DNA from: Takakia lepidozioides
Taxonomy: Eukaryota > Plantae > Bryophyta
Assembly (NCBI GenBank): GCA_030704615.1
Contig: CM060733.1
Span: forward strand, 8,742,001 to 8,806,000
Reading direction: 5' to 3'
Length of the DNA stretch: 64,000 nucleotides
Part shown: positions 25,149 to 37,300 of the stretch, piece by piece
How positions within the stretch are numbered: the stretch's first letter is position 1
How the letters are laid out: every line of letters starts with the position of its first letter
Translations under genes and position numbers: made by a program
The notes under the pieces: model-generated
What the model saw: the letters and a program-made list of their open reading frames with translations, nothing else
What the model was told of the DNA's origin: nothing
Databases searched by the model: none

Positions 25149-27153
25149 GGCCTTCGTTAAGGCCTATCGCATCCGCTCCTTCAGCCAAACGCGAACAGCA
25201 CTAAATCACCCTACAATCTATTGAACGAACTCAGATCAACCAGAGAGATCCAAAAGAAATCCACAATCCCTCTCCCAATCTACCTCACCTTGCCGCAACC
25301 TCCTCTCTCTCTCAGTAACCAAATTCTTCAGCAGACTCATAAACCCCAAAACCCTAAACCACAACCAGCCCGACGGGGGTTCAAATCCTGGCCACCACAT
25401 TCTTTAAGTTTGAGCTTACGTTTTGGGATGAACAGGTGGGAAGGAAGGAAGAATCTTTGGAATCAAAAGATGAACAAGTTCCGATTGGAAGCAAGTTGGG
25501 GCGATCTCTCTCAGACCTTGGGACATTCCATGTGGAGATCCTGACCCCAACGCGTGCTCAGATGTGCGAGAGAGGTGGATTGGCGGAAGAAGGTGCTTAC
25601 AAATGTTGAGCAAGGCTGAGTAGGTAGTGTATTTATTGACGGCACATGCTTATACCTACTAGCGCTGTGACTGTTTTAAGTTTTAACCCCCTTCTTCTTC
25701 TCTGCATTATCAGAGTTGGAAAGTACGTTTTCATGATCTGTAGGTACATTACTTCCTGTCCAATCTGTCAGTCCGCCCCTGTTTTTCGGAGGCGCGTGCC
25801 TTGTTAGACGTGTAACAAGGATTTCTGTTTGTAATCGCCCTAATCTGCTTAGGAAATTCAGTGCTCTCGAGCTTTCTGATGGAAGAAGAGACTAGGCTTT
25901 TGTCGCCCGACCTTCAGTAGGAGTGCTTGCTCCGTTCTTCCCTCTTTTTCTTGTTGTTTTTGCAAAGGACAACCGAGGTTGGATATCTTTCTCTTATGCC
26001 ATGATACGACCTGTCACGTAGTGTATACTTCCCGTTCGTTTGAACTGCACTTGCAGAGTTCATGCGTCTCCCTGCATATGCGGGGTACTATGTCTCATCT
26101 TCATTCTTATAGATGTCGGCTCTGTCTCTGCGTTTCATCCTTTTTTTGTGTGTAGGCAGGATGCTTGAAAATGGTTCGTGGTGTAGGTTGGCCTTTCCTC
26201 TAAATTACCTTTGAATTTAAGTTTTACTGCCTTCGTGCCAATGAAATAGCAAATCAGACTCAGTTCAAATCCCTCACCTTTGGATAGTTAGACCGAATCC
26301 GACCAGGTTATCAGGGTTTTAATAAGAAGTCGGTGGAAGGTGTTTGATACCACTGAAAATCGAAAGAAGGAAGATATGAGGTATTCTAGACACTGACCTG
26401 CTAGAAAAGCAAGTGGTTATTTCATTGCATTTCTACACGGATCATCACTATACGCTCTCTTTCTGGAGAGCATGGTCATCGGCCAGCCTTTTTTATTTGA
26501 TCAGGTACTCGTCGTTCCGCAAGAACACTAGCTTTCCAGTCAGATTATTTAACCTTTGCCAGCCTTCCAACAGACTCGGCTATGGAACCTGGCCCCCACG
26601 CTCTGTTTGTTCATCACATGCATACCTGTCCGTGAATTTTAGCCAGCGGTGTGGAGTCTTGGTTGTGCGTAGAGCTCTATAGAGGTTACTCGCGTTCCTA
26701 CAGTAAACGCAAATTGCGCACCAGGTCCTGAATCGACATGCTCTAACATCATTGGAGGGGCATTGAAATTGTCAAGGGTCAACAAAGCTTCACAAGCCCT
26801 GAAAACCCCATGGGGAATCTGGAGAGGGTGGTATCAATGCGTCATGCTGTTAGATTCTGGCAGTCCCTCGCATGAAACAGATGGCACGGAAGGCAACGGA
26901 ACTATAGTTTTGATTACAATTGCAGAGTCTAGCTGCTGGTGCACATTGAAAGTCGGTGGGACAAATTGTGCTGAAGTACAACACATACACAGTCAAGACT
27001 GTGTAACCGAAAACTCCAAACATCCTAAGACAAATGTACAGGACGGACTGATGATATGGAGCTGCATATAAAGAGCCTGACACACTGAGAGAGGCCCAGA
27101 GGAAGGGTGACAGGGGGGATAAGAGAAATCTGTATGAGAGAGTCAAGACGGAA

Positions 27154-30100
27154 ATGCCACTGGTGGAGAGTGCTGTCGCAGGGCCAGGCCCTGGGTCCTT
27201 GCCATTCTCAGCCATAGCTAGTTCCAGGAAGGAGAAGAAGAAGCAGGCGAAGGAAGAGAGAGATCGTCTGAAGCAGGCGGAGAAGAAGAAGCGACGGCTT
27301 GAGAAAGCCCTGGCCACTGCTGCTGCCATTCGCACTGAGCTAGAGAAGAAGAAGCAGAGACGGAAGGAGGAGGAGCAGCGCCTCGATGAAGAAGGGGCGG
27401 CACTTGCCGAGGCTGTCGCTCTCCAGGTGATTCCTCAGCATTAGTTTGATCATCGTTGTTGGTGTTGATGATGGAGCAGCTCAAAGGAGGATAGAACAGC
27501 GTCTTCTTCACGTGATCTGCAGTATTTGTGGGCCCGCCGATGTAATTTTGGGGAGATCGAAGGGTTACAACCCACTATGTCTGTTTGACTTGCAATCTGT
27601 GGGATGCATGCATGCATGCGCTGTAATCAAATTTTTCATTCTAGTAGACAAAAGAGAGCCCACACCGGATCCCAGTTCTATAGGCTTGTATTGCACCCTC
27701 CAAGAATGTGTGATTGCAGCTCTAATCACCTTCCCTGCAAAAAGTGTTCTGATCTTAGGATGTTACAACAGAGAGAATTTTGAGCATGTTGCATCTGATC
27801 AACCAACACATGAGAATGGAAGGTGTTCACTGACCAAAAGCTGTGGACTTGGAGGTTCTTGATGTAACTTGGTGGTGCAGTTTCATGAAACATAACATGA
27901 TGAAAGTCAGCACTTAGGCCTCCCTTGATTTTCCATGTCCCAGGGCTTGTTTATCTGAATCTCTAGATCAGATATGATGCCCTTTAATAAAAGAGTCGAT
28001 CAGATTGTTCTCTCATTCTGCTTATTAGAATTGACTCATGTTGTTAAGAGTACCTCAAAGGTGTGCCTATAAATGACAATCTCTTTGTTTGGCAAGCCAT
28101 GCATGAAAGCTAGAGGCTCAGCATTAAAGGGTTTGTGTCCTTGTGGCATTTTTAGTGTCTGCGTCCTTTGGTGCATTGATCCGTAAAGTTTGATTTTTTC
28201 CTGCTTCTTCTAGTTTGCTAGTATCAGGACATTAGATTCCTCCCCAAAAGTATCTTGATGTATTTACTCTCCATTGGCTGCTACAGGTACTTGATGAAGA
28301 TTCAGATGGGTTAGGACAGCCGCAAGTTGCAAGGGAGGGTGAGTCACAACCTGGGAGGGGTGGAGAGGAAGGCAGCTTGAGTTCTCAGGAGAGAGTGGGC
28401 GAGGAGGCAGGAAGTGTGGGCAGCTGCAAGTACTCTGCTGGTCAGTCTTTGATAAACAATGACAAGTCCATCATGGTGTCTCTGACCTACTTGGCAAACG
28501 TCTGCTTCCATGGTATGCCACTGCTTGGATTCACCCTAAACATCTTTGGGTTTCTCATGGTGACCCCCTGGGAAGATTATCCTAATCTTCTCAACTCAGG
28601 TTGAGGCTTGTTAGGCTTCACTGGTGGTACAGGGAAGCTCTCGGGGAGAAGCAAACGAATGCATCTGGCACTGGAGGGATTCAGTCGGTGCTTAAGCACT
28701 GGATTTTGCAGAGCTTGGTTTTTGCTTCCAACAGAAGAATCTTATTTGCTCCTTGTCCGGTGCAGATAGTAACGAGAGAGGCTGTAAGGAGAGAGAGACA
28801 AAGGAGTGGAAGCAAAGTGGGTGGGAGGCATCTCATGAAGGCATGGTGGGTGGTGCAAGAGATGATATGGGCATCGAAGGCGAGCTTGTAGAAGCTGAGG
28901 AAGGTGGCACATGGGAAGTCTACAGCAGTGCAGAAGAGAAAGCTAGGACCAGCAATGAGAGAGCACGTGCAGCTGAAATGGCAGCAGGCTTGGCTGCAGC
29001 CCAGGTCAGTGTTATACAACTATACATGCTTGTGTTCATCCCTCTATTCTCTCCAACTCTCCAAATTAGGCATAGAGGCTATCATCAAGGCTGTGACATG
29101 AAAGTGTAAAAGTACCATTAACCCCTCAGATCACGAGATTCTTCTCCATGCATGCAAATGGCCAAGCCTGCTGTTCAAGTGGTGAAGAACATTAGAGCAA
29201 CCCCTGGGAGGATCAAATCCAGTAATGTTTGATCATGGTCAGATTTCTGAAAGGCCTCAGTAATTAGTAGAAACATTCTGGCAGGCTGTTGCAGCACTTC
29301 GAATTGCTGAAGAAGCTCGAGCTGAGGCTGAAGCTGCCAAGAAGGCTGCCGAGGTAGCGATGAATGAGGCTCTTGACCGCTGTGACACAGACCAAAAGCC
29401 AGAATTCCTTGATGAGGTACTAATGTTGCAGGTCCTAGGCTCCTCTTTGATCATGTTTTTAGATGTGGAGTGTCTCTTGTGGGATGCTGTGCCTGTACGC
29501 TTTTGCAAATATCTGAGGGAAGTGGCAGGAAGGGTTTGTACTTATCAGGCAGTTTGCTTCCCACTCCCTTTTCCTTGAAACAAAGTTCAATTTTGGGAAT
29601 GAAGGAAGGGTTCTAGTAATACTGCATGAATATCACGGTCTGGCTCTTAAGAGTAGGAGAGAGCTAGAGAAATGTCTGACAAGGATGCGTGGTGTCGGGG
29701 AGTCATTGCCAGAGCAAAGCAACAACACGGTGTGTGGAGAAGGAGAGGGACGACCTAAAGGCACGGCTCCATGAAATGGAGCGCAAGCTTCATGAGAAGA
29801 CGCATCGTGTGTCAGAGCTGGAACATAACCTGGAAGAGGTACCTTAGAGTTGGAATCTCAATAATATCTTGCACAGGTGCCTTAAGCCTTGAGGGAACCA
29901 TCTCATATTTCAAATGCCAAGCTGAAGTAGGTGTTGCACAGTCTTGAAAAGAAAACTTAGCAAACACGTCTTATGGAAAGTTGTAAGCTACAGATTGTGC
30001 ATCTTGTTAGCAGCCATTTGAAAACTCCAATTATGTGCCTCACCTCAGTGTAGTCCTTCATTTGGATCTTCTAGGTGACCCAGTACCTGGTCGAGTTCAA

Positions 30101-30230
30101 AGCCATGATGGAAGGCTGCAAGCATAGCCCGCTGGCACTTTGTGATGCGTCCAAAGAGAAGATTGCAGTTAGCCCCAAGCAGGGGGACGCTACTCCACCA
30201 GAGCCGTCCTGCGGGACGGTGGATGAGTAA
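27154..30230 (+). CDS. Conserved plant coiled-coil protein of unknown function, start uncertain. Exons 27154-27426, 28287-28440, 28766-29004, 29285-29416, 29713-29838, 30075-30230
   Basis: KQAEKKKRRLEKALATAAAIRTELEKKKQRRKEEEQRLDEEGAALAEAVALQ|VLDEDSDG and AEMAAGLAAAQ|AVAALRIAEEARAEAEAAKKAAE resemble a conserved plant family from memory. Splice phases are consistent. Confidence 0.82.
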
Positions 30231-30959
30231 CTGTATCAAATGATTGTGATCAGATTGGCTCTCTAGCTGGAGGCTTAAGGCAAGGCTTTGCTCAAGCAGA
30301 TATCCAAGGGATGTCCTAAAGATTGAATGGATCCAAAGCTATGATGTGGACTGTGAAGATCAAAAGGATGGCAAGTACCAGTTCGTTATGTATCCAAGTC
30401 CAAGAATGGTGGGAGAGCAAATTTCGGAAGTATCTTTAATGAGCCTTGCAGTTGCTACTCATGCATTTTGAGCTCGGTCGTGCTGGATGGAAGAGGATAT
30501 TATAAGTACAGCAAGAGCCAGCAGAGCTCAGGAGCATCGTCAAAGTCGTCCATTGATGAAACAGCAGAGTGAAGTCTGGCAATTGTGAATTATTTTGCCA
30601 GGTTGAAATGGTGGGACTGTATGTATACCCTGGTGCAAGAAGGAAAGGAGAGATAGAACAGGAAAACACAGGTGGCGGGAGAGGGGATCAAACTGTGGGA
30701 AATGAAACTGCCCCAATGTGGCTGCTGATCCTGCCGGATTCCCAAAGTGCTGTCGAAATATTTGTTTGTAGGTTCCTTTATTATACTGAATCTTATTTCA
30801 CCAGTGGAAGATGTGCAGCACCCTGTCATCGTGCTGAGTGAGCCGTTGAAATCCTCCAATCAATTTAAGCTTGGTATATATATATGTATACACTCTCTTT
30901 TGGCAAAGACGCCAATATGTGCGGAGGACAATAGCAATAATGTAAGAACTCACTGCCAG

Positions 30960-33080
30960 CGTGCTATCTCTGATAGAAGCAATTGAGCATTTAAACGGAT
31001 ACAAGGCTGGTGGACCTGATGGCACAGTCAACGAGCTTATCATGCACGGTGGCGATCCCATGATAGAGGCCCTTGTACTTCTCTTTAACCTTATCTGGAG
31101 AACTGAAATGATCCCCTTTCGCTAGGGACAGGGGGTCATTGTCAAGAGAAGAACCGGGGAACTACCGAGGCATCATGCTCTCTCAATGCAGTTGGCAGAT
31201 ATTTTGCAGAGTTATAAGTACTTGTCTCGCGGTTAATCTGGAATCTAGAGGTTGTTTCCACGAAGGCCAAGCTGGCTTTTGACGAAACAGGGGCTGTGTG
31301 GATCATATCTTCACTCTAAGCCAGATTATCCAGGGAAGGGAAAAAGAAGGGAAACCCACTTTTGTTTTTTTCTTGGATGTCAAAAAGGCTTTCTGACAGT
31401 GTGGAGAGTAGTCCATAACTTGTTATGCTCACACCAAAAGTTGTGTCACTGTTAATGGACATAAGTCTAACTTCTTTGACATAGTCCAAGGTGTAGCTCG
31501 AGGATGTACCCTCTCCCTCTGCTCTTCAATGTTTTCATCAATCAACTCCTAGAGGATGTGGAAAGTGAGGGATTCGGTTACAGGTGGATGACTTCGCAGG
31601 CATAGGGGAGACTCCTTCCAATCTCTAGGAGTTGATTGATTGTTGACCTTTGGGGGCTAGAGGCTAATGTCAGTAAATGTGCAGTGGTGGCATTCAACGA
31701 CTGAGGTGAGGGAGGTGGTGATCTCAAGTGGCAGTGGGGAAGCCGAGAGATACTGGTCCTCCCTTCCTGGGTTACAAAAAGGGACCTCTCTTTTTCCCTC
31801 ATCCTCCAGCCCTTGTCCAACCGTAAGATACCTCAGCTTCATGATAAAGAGCTCTTGAGAATTCTCAAACAGCGGAAAAATTTAATGAGACCCAACGCTT
31901 TGCAGTTTGAACAACTTTCTGAATATGTGCATCCCAATTAGAGTTGGAGGAAAACTCAACGCCGAGGTATGTGATCAACTCTAAGGTCAAGAAACCATGC
32001 TTTGTCACGTTATTAGACCTGCCTCGAGTATGCATTTGCAATATGGTTTGATAACTCCAACCAGGCACAGTGTGCTCTAAGACAGCCAATGTGGTTGTTC
32101 GGGCTGAGTTTGGCATCCCTTCCTTAAGCTCTCGACGAGATGAATTCAAGGTCAGGTGGTGGGGTCAACTGCAAGATATGTCCAACATCAGATATCTTAA
32201 GTTAATCGACTCTATATCTTGGAAACTGGAGCCCCCTCATACAGGCTAAGTCTGGCGGAGGAGAGTATAAGAGATTCTCAAGGATCTGAATGTTTGCCGG
32301 CAAGTCTTGACCCTGTTGGATAGATCTGACTTAGAGGTTGTAGTGTCCAAAGCCATGTCTGTTGCCAGGAAATTGTCTCATGAAAATGAAGTTAGGCAGA
32401 AGACTTCCCTAAACTTGTTTCGAGTCTGACATGCTCGGGGAGGCCATCATGGATGACCTCAAGGGTCTACCCACTCGGCACTAGACTGAAATTTAACTTA
32501 GGGGCGGGAAGCCTACCTTTGAATAGCAAACATAGCAGAGAGGGAAGGGAGAGTGCAATGGCCCCTTGTGAGGGCAACCTAAGACAATATTCATTTTCTG
32601 ACTCATTCTCCGGGGTGTTCTCACCAAAGAGACACTCTCTTCAAGTGTATCAAGGGAATTGTGTCTGTACCTCTGTTTACCAACTTTGAAAGTCTTGAGG
32701 CTGAGCCAAAAGCCCAAGCCCTTTTGGGGCCTAATTATTGGGCGATTCACACAAAGCATTTTATGCTTGTGTAAAGGGATTTCTAGAGATATCCCCACAG
32801 CGCCTCTAGCAAGGCCTTGCTGTTGAGGTAGAGAGACAAGTATTTGGAGGTGGCGAGCACATCGAAAGCCTTCTCGATTTTCCCTTGCACTGGGACTCCG
32901 GTTGCCATCTCCACAATAAAGGCCTTGTTGCCTTTGGAAAACTTGGATCAATTGTCTGTTCCAAGGTAAGTCATACTACCGGCATCAGTACCTAACAAAG
33001 GTAATTTTTGTCCCTTTGTGTTCCGCTCAAACTGGGCGTGGGGTCAGTGGCCACAAGGCCACGTCGTATGAGTACATTCT
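30960..33080 (+). mobile_element. Decayed RTE/RTEX-like LINE (RT to 3' end) with an internal inversion ~31759-31981 and a foreign insert ~32795-32934
   Basis: KAGGPDGTVNELIMHGG..LFNLIWRTEMIP, NYRGIML, FLDVKKAF, GVARGCTLS, NVSKCAVV, inverted YLGVEFSSNSNWDAHI, GTRLKF, and the family tail at 33010-33080. Many stops and frameshifts. Confidence 0.88.
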
Positions 33081-34325
33081 AATGGCATAGCACGCCGGTT
33101 TTCGGCCTGTCAAATCTTTCCCACCTCCTCTCGAGAGTGGAGAAAAGAGTGACACAGAATTGGGTAACATTGGAGTGACACGTAACGGAGTGTTTTCTGT
33201 GTCACTCCAATTGGTGTAACTCCCACTTGGTATCGTGATTGACCAAGTACACCGACACATGGGTGACACACTAGACCTAGGTGAAAAATCCACCAAGAGT
33301 CGGGGATTGGTATGGCGTGAGTAGAAAAAAAAAACCCAACGCGAGCAGGATCCACGGTTATGGGGGTGATATGTATGCCGGCAGAAATACATATAACAGA
33401 TGAATATTGGGTTTTTTTTTGTTAATATTCTACATGGTGTATAAAGATAATTTTAAACATATAGAAGGAGCTTGAAAGGGAGAAATCAAACCCCTCCCCC
33501 CCCCAAGAGAAAAAAAAAAAACCCCGCAATCTTGCTGACGTCACCCAAGTTTCGTAGGCGAAACCCATATTTTTGAGTGGTTTTTGGGGATGTTCTACAC
33601 ACAATGTTTTCCCAAATGCCACATTGTTTATGTTCGCTAACCTTTGCGTTCTGGTAGATATATTTGTGGGTGTTTGTGCTGACGTGAGTTAAGCTTTGGA
33701 CGATTAGTTACGTAAGTTTTATGCGTGAGGATGATTTTCAGATAGTTTCGTATACTTTTTTGCGTGAGCACATTTTTGTTTCACTATGGCATATCCTCCG
33801 GTTTCTTGGGAAATATGCAGAATATGCCTCTTTGAATGCGTAAGCGGATGCTCAAAGAAGGAACGAAATGACCGTTTTGGTTCCATTTTATGACATTCCT
33901 GCACCAAACGGCCATTTTATGCACATTCCTGCAACAAACGGCCATTTCGTTTCTTGTTGTTGCTGTTCCTTGAAAGTTCCTCGTCGCTGAAAACGCAGCA
34001 CCCACCGACAAGGAAGACCAGCAACCGCGTATGTACGATCGATGGCTATGCTCTACGTACAAGTGGGGGTATTCACGTATACACTGAATAGGTATACGGA
34101 AAACTGAAAATATAAAAGGGAAAGAGCGTATTTCGAAATAGGGACGCACGTGCGGGGGTGCCGAGCGTAGGTGGTATACTCGCAGGGCGGTGTACCGTCT
34201 GCTCTCACTTTTGTGTGAAGACGATGCGCTCGCTGCCGCTGGCCCGGCATTCAAGATCCTGTTGATCGTTGCTCGTCAAATCTCTCTGAGAGCCTTGCGT
34301 ACAGGAAGTTATTGGGCATCGCACG

Positions 34326-37300
34326 ATGGTAAGTGTTTCCCTGCACCCTGCTTTGTAGCTTTGAGGGGCTGCTATGGCGACTAACCCTTAAGTTTTCGGG
34401 GGTTTGGTCTCGGTTTCTGTTTTGCGGTTGGGGTTTGTTTCTTGGGATGTTGCCTCCGTGGGCTTCTTGGATGGCCATCTTCCGTAGGATGTTGCTTCCA
34501 TGGCCGTCTTGTTGTTCCGCTGAAAAGCGGATTCGTGCCACCCCGTGTAAGCAAGCTAGTGTAAGCGGCATCTATTTGGTATTTCTTTCCTTGCTTTCTC
34601 CTTGGGCTTGGTCGTTTTTTCTGTCTTGAGGGTTTCTGGAGGCCCTACGGTTGCGGATCTGGGACACAGATTTGTTGCCGGTTACGGTTGGTTTGCGGGT
34701 TTTTCTGTCGCTGATGGTAGACGAAGAGACTTTGAGGGAAAGAAAGCGTTTGGGCTTCAAACTGATGGCAATATGCCGTCATCTGGACTGATTTGTAGGG
34801 GTTTTTGGGGATGAAGTACAGTTTGTAGAGACCCACACCGCTTTCGGGTGTATCCTGTAGTAAAGGAAACCAAAAGAGCTTACCTTCGGCCCACGTGGGT
34901 AGTCGTTCCGGTGAGATGGTTTTTTGTTCAGTCGATCAAGTGTTCCTCCTTGGTTAACAGGCCTGGAGAATGAACGAACTGCCACTTTTTTTTACTTTAC
35001 CTGTATGACAGTCCTTTATTGGTCGAAGGATACATGACCATGAGACAGTAATCTCTTCATGGTTTTCAAGGGATAATAGGGTTAGTCAATGTTGGCTCTG
35101 CTGTGTATGCTGTATGGGTACTTCCTGCTTAGGAAGGTGTTAGATGGAAAGCTTTCACAGCTTTGACAGTTGTCTTCATCCTGTTCAACCTTTGTTACCC
35201 CAAGTGCGGAGTTTGCCAGTGTTGACCTCTGTTGTGCAACTTGACTGTTCTGGTTATCTTTGTGTAGTAACTGGATTTGGAGTTGGTTGTCGAGTGAACA
35301 ACTTGGCTTTGTTGGTGAAGTTGTTCTAAGTGAATAAATCAAAATTCTTTTTGGAGTCCATCTTCTTTCTTGCAGTATAAGGCACTGCAGATTTCTTGAA
35401 TTTGTAATGAAATCTTGGTCATTTTGCTTTAACAACCTTATTTCAAGTAAAAGTCTGCTTTGGCCCTGCATCAGAGTGTATTTGTGGTGTGGCAGTTGTT
35501 GAGTAATCCTGACCATTTTATGGTTTTGTGGTTGTGGAGCAGGGTGACTCTCCAAGGCGCAGCAGGTTCGTTCTGCGTTGACATTACTTAAACCCTCTCC
35601 TCTTTTTACAGCACAATCTCTCTTAGGTGTCAGAACAGATCTGCAGCATTCATAGAAAGAGTTGTAAAGTGATTGGTGTCATTTTTCAGGTACAGTGATT
35701 CACCATCCCCAAGACGCACGTCTCGTGGGCGCTCCCAGTCTCGTACTCCTCCCAGAAGGTCTAGATCCTCTCCCATCTCTCTGTCTCCTAGAAATATGTG
35801 ATCTGAAGCTGCTGTTCATGCACACCTTTCTGCTGTAGACAACTATCTTGGTGTGGTTGGCGTTTACTGATAGTCAAGGAATAAAGCTGGGATTTAGGAC
35901 ATGGATGGATAGAAAAAGATATCAGCAAATACATTCGTTCTGTGGGGAATCTGCCAAGTTTGATGCAGTCGTTAAGGGATGAGAGCGGTTCAACTTGCAC
36001 ACTATCAAGGTTTCCTTTTTGTTGATGGTTCCTCGATCTCCTGAAGGGTAGTTTATAGCAGGGAATTTCAAACAGTTCTAAGCCTTTTATGTGCTTTGGT
36101 GGGGTGGGCACAGGGATAGTGGATCGAGGGAGGACGCCCTCAATCCGGGGAACAACTTGTATGTAACAGGTCTCTCTACCCGTGTGACTGAGAAGGAGTT
36201 GGAAGAGCACTTCTCTGGCGAGGGAAAGGTATGTTGTGATGTCTCATAATCTACTGATGGAGATTTGTGTGCTTAGTGCATTGTGAATGACTTTGTAACC
36301 ACTGAACTAAAACATAGGTTGTGCATGAGCCTAGTGATTTATGCGGTACTGATTAAAGCTTCACATTCTGACCAGGTTGCTGCTCCTTGGTCTATGAGGG
36401 CTTGAAAAGTTCCCTCAAAATGACTTTGTTCGCTTGCTATTTTGTGCATCAGGTGACGGAGTGTCGCCTGGTGGTTGATCCTCGCACCCGAGAATCAAGA
36501 GGGTTTGGGTTTGTCACCATGGAGAACGGTGATGATGCTGATCGCTGCATCAAATATCTCAACCGCTCCACACTTGAGGGCCGCATAATAACTGTGGAGA
36601 AGGTGATTGCTTGTTTGTCTTGTTATTCCCTCAACCTCATCCCACCCCCCCGGGCCAGTGGTAAATTCCACCTGCTTTTGTGTTTCTTCCTTTACACTCA
36701 ACACAAAGGGTACATGTGGATGACCTGTAGGTATGCACATAGCCGCATCAGTGTAGAGCTGGGCATGTGCAAGTAAGTAAAGCTGGACAACTCAAATTAC
36801 TACTGGTGTTCAAGGCATAGAAGTTATGAGAACAATTACAAGTATACCATGTCAAGTCTTTACTTGGAAGGGGCTAGGATAGCTGATACGGGTTAGTGCT
36901 AATTGGAATCGCCTGTCTTCCTTGGAACCATTGGTCGTCCAGAGAACATCCGGCTTCTGCGTCAATCAACCGTACAGTGGTTTAGATTGTGCGACCCGGT
37001 GTGCCCTAGCGAATATGACCACCGAGAAATGGCAGCGATTCTTAATACTGTCTCACTGAGGCATTCAAGTCGGCCAGTTGGAGCTTTGCACCACAAACTC
37101 ACAACAAAAATTTCACCGACCAAATTTCCACTCGAATCGACTATAAATGTCAAGTGGATGTGATGAAGGCTTGGTGCTGGGCTCTCTGCTGCAGCATTCT
37201 GCTTTTGCATGCTCCAAAGCCAGCTGGCATCCTTCAGTTGGTTGTAGGCGGCAAGACAGACAGACTCAGTTGTTTTCCTCAAACACACCGGTTTTACATC

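Noticed and set aside
25370-25400. GGTTCAAATCC..CCA resembling a tRNA T-arm or B box
   Set aside because: No T-stem, acceptor stem or cloverleaf can be built.
26850-27511. Minus-strand ORFs of 161 and 97 aa
   Set aside because: Antisense shadows of the Lys/Glu-rich coding exon. The same applies to 14066-14524, 23277-23816 and 41092-41956.
37157-37260. Intronic C/D snoRNA (TGTGATGA box C-like)
   Set aside because: No box D (CTGA) or terminal stem at a suitable distance.
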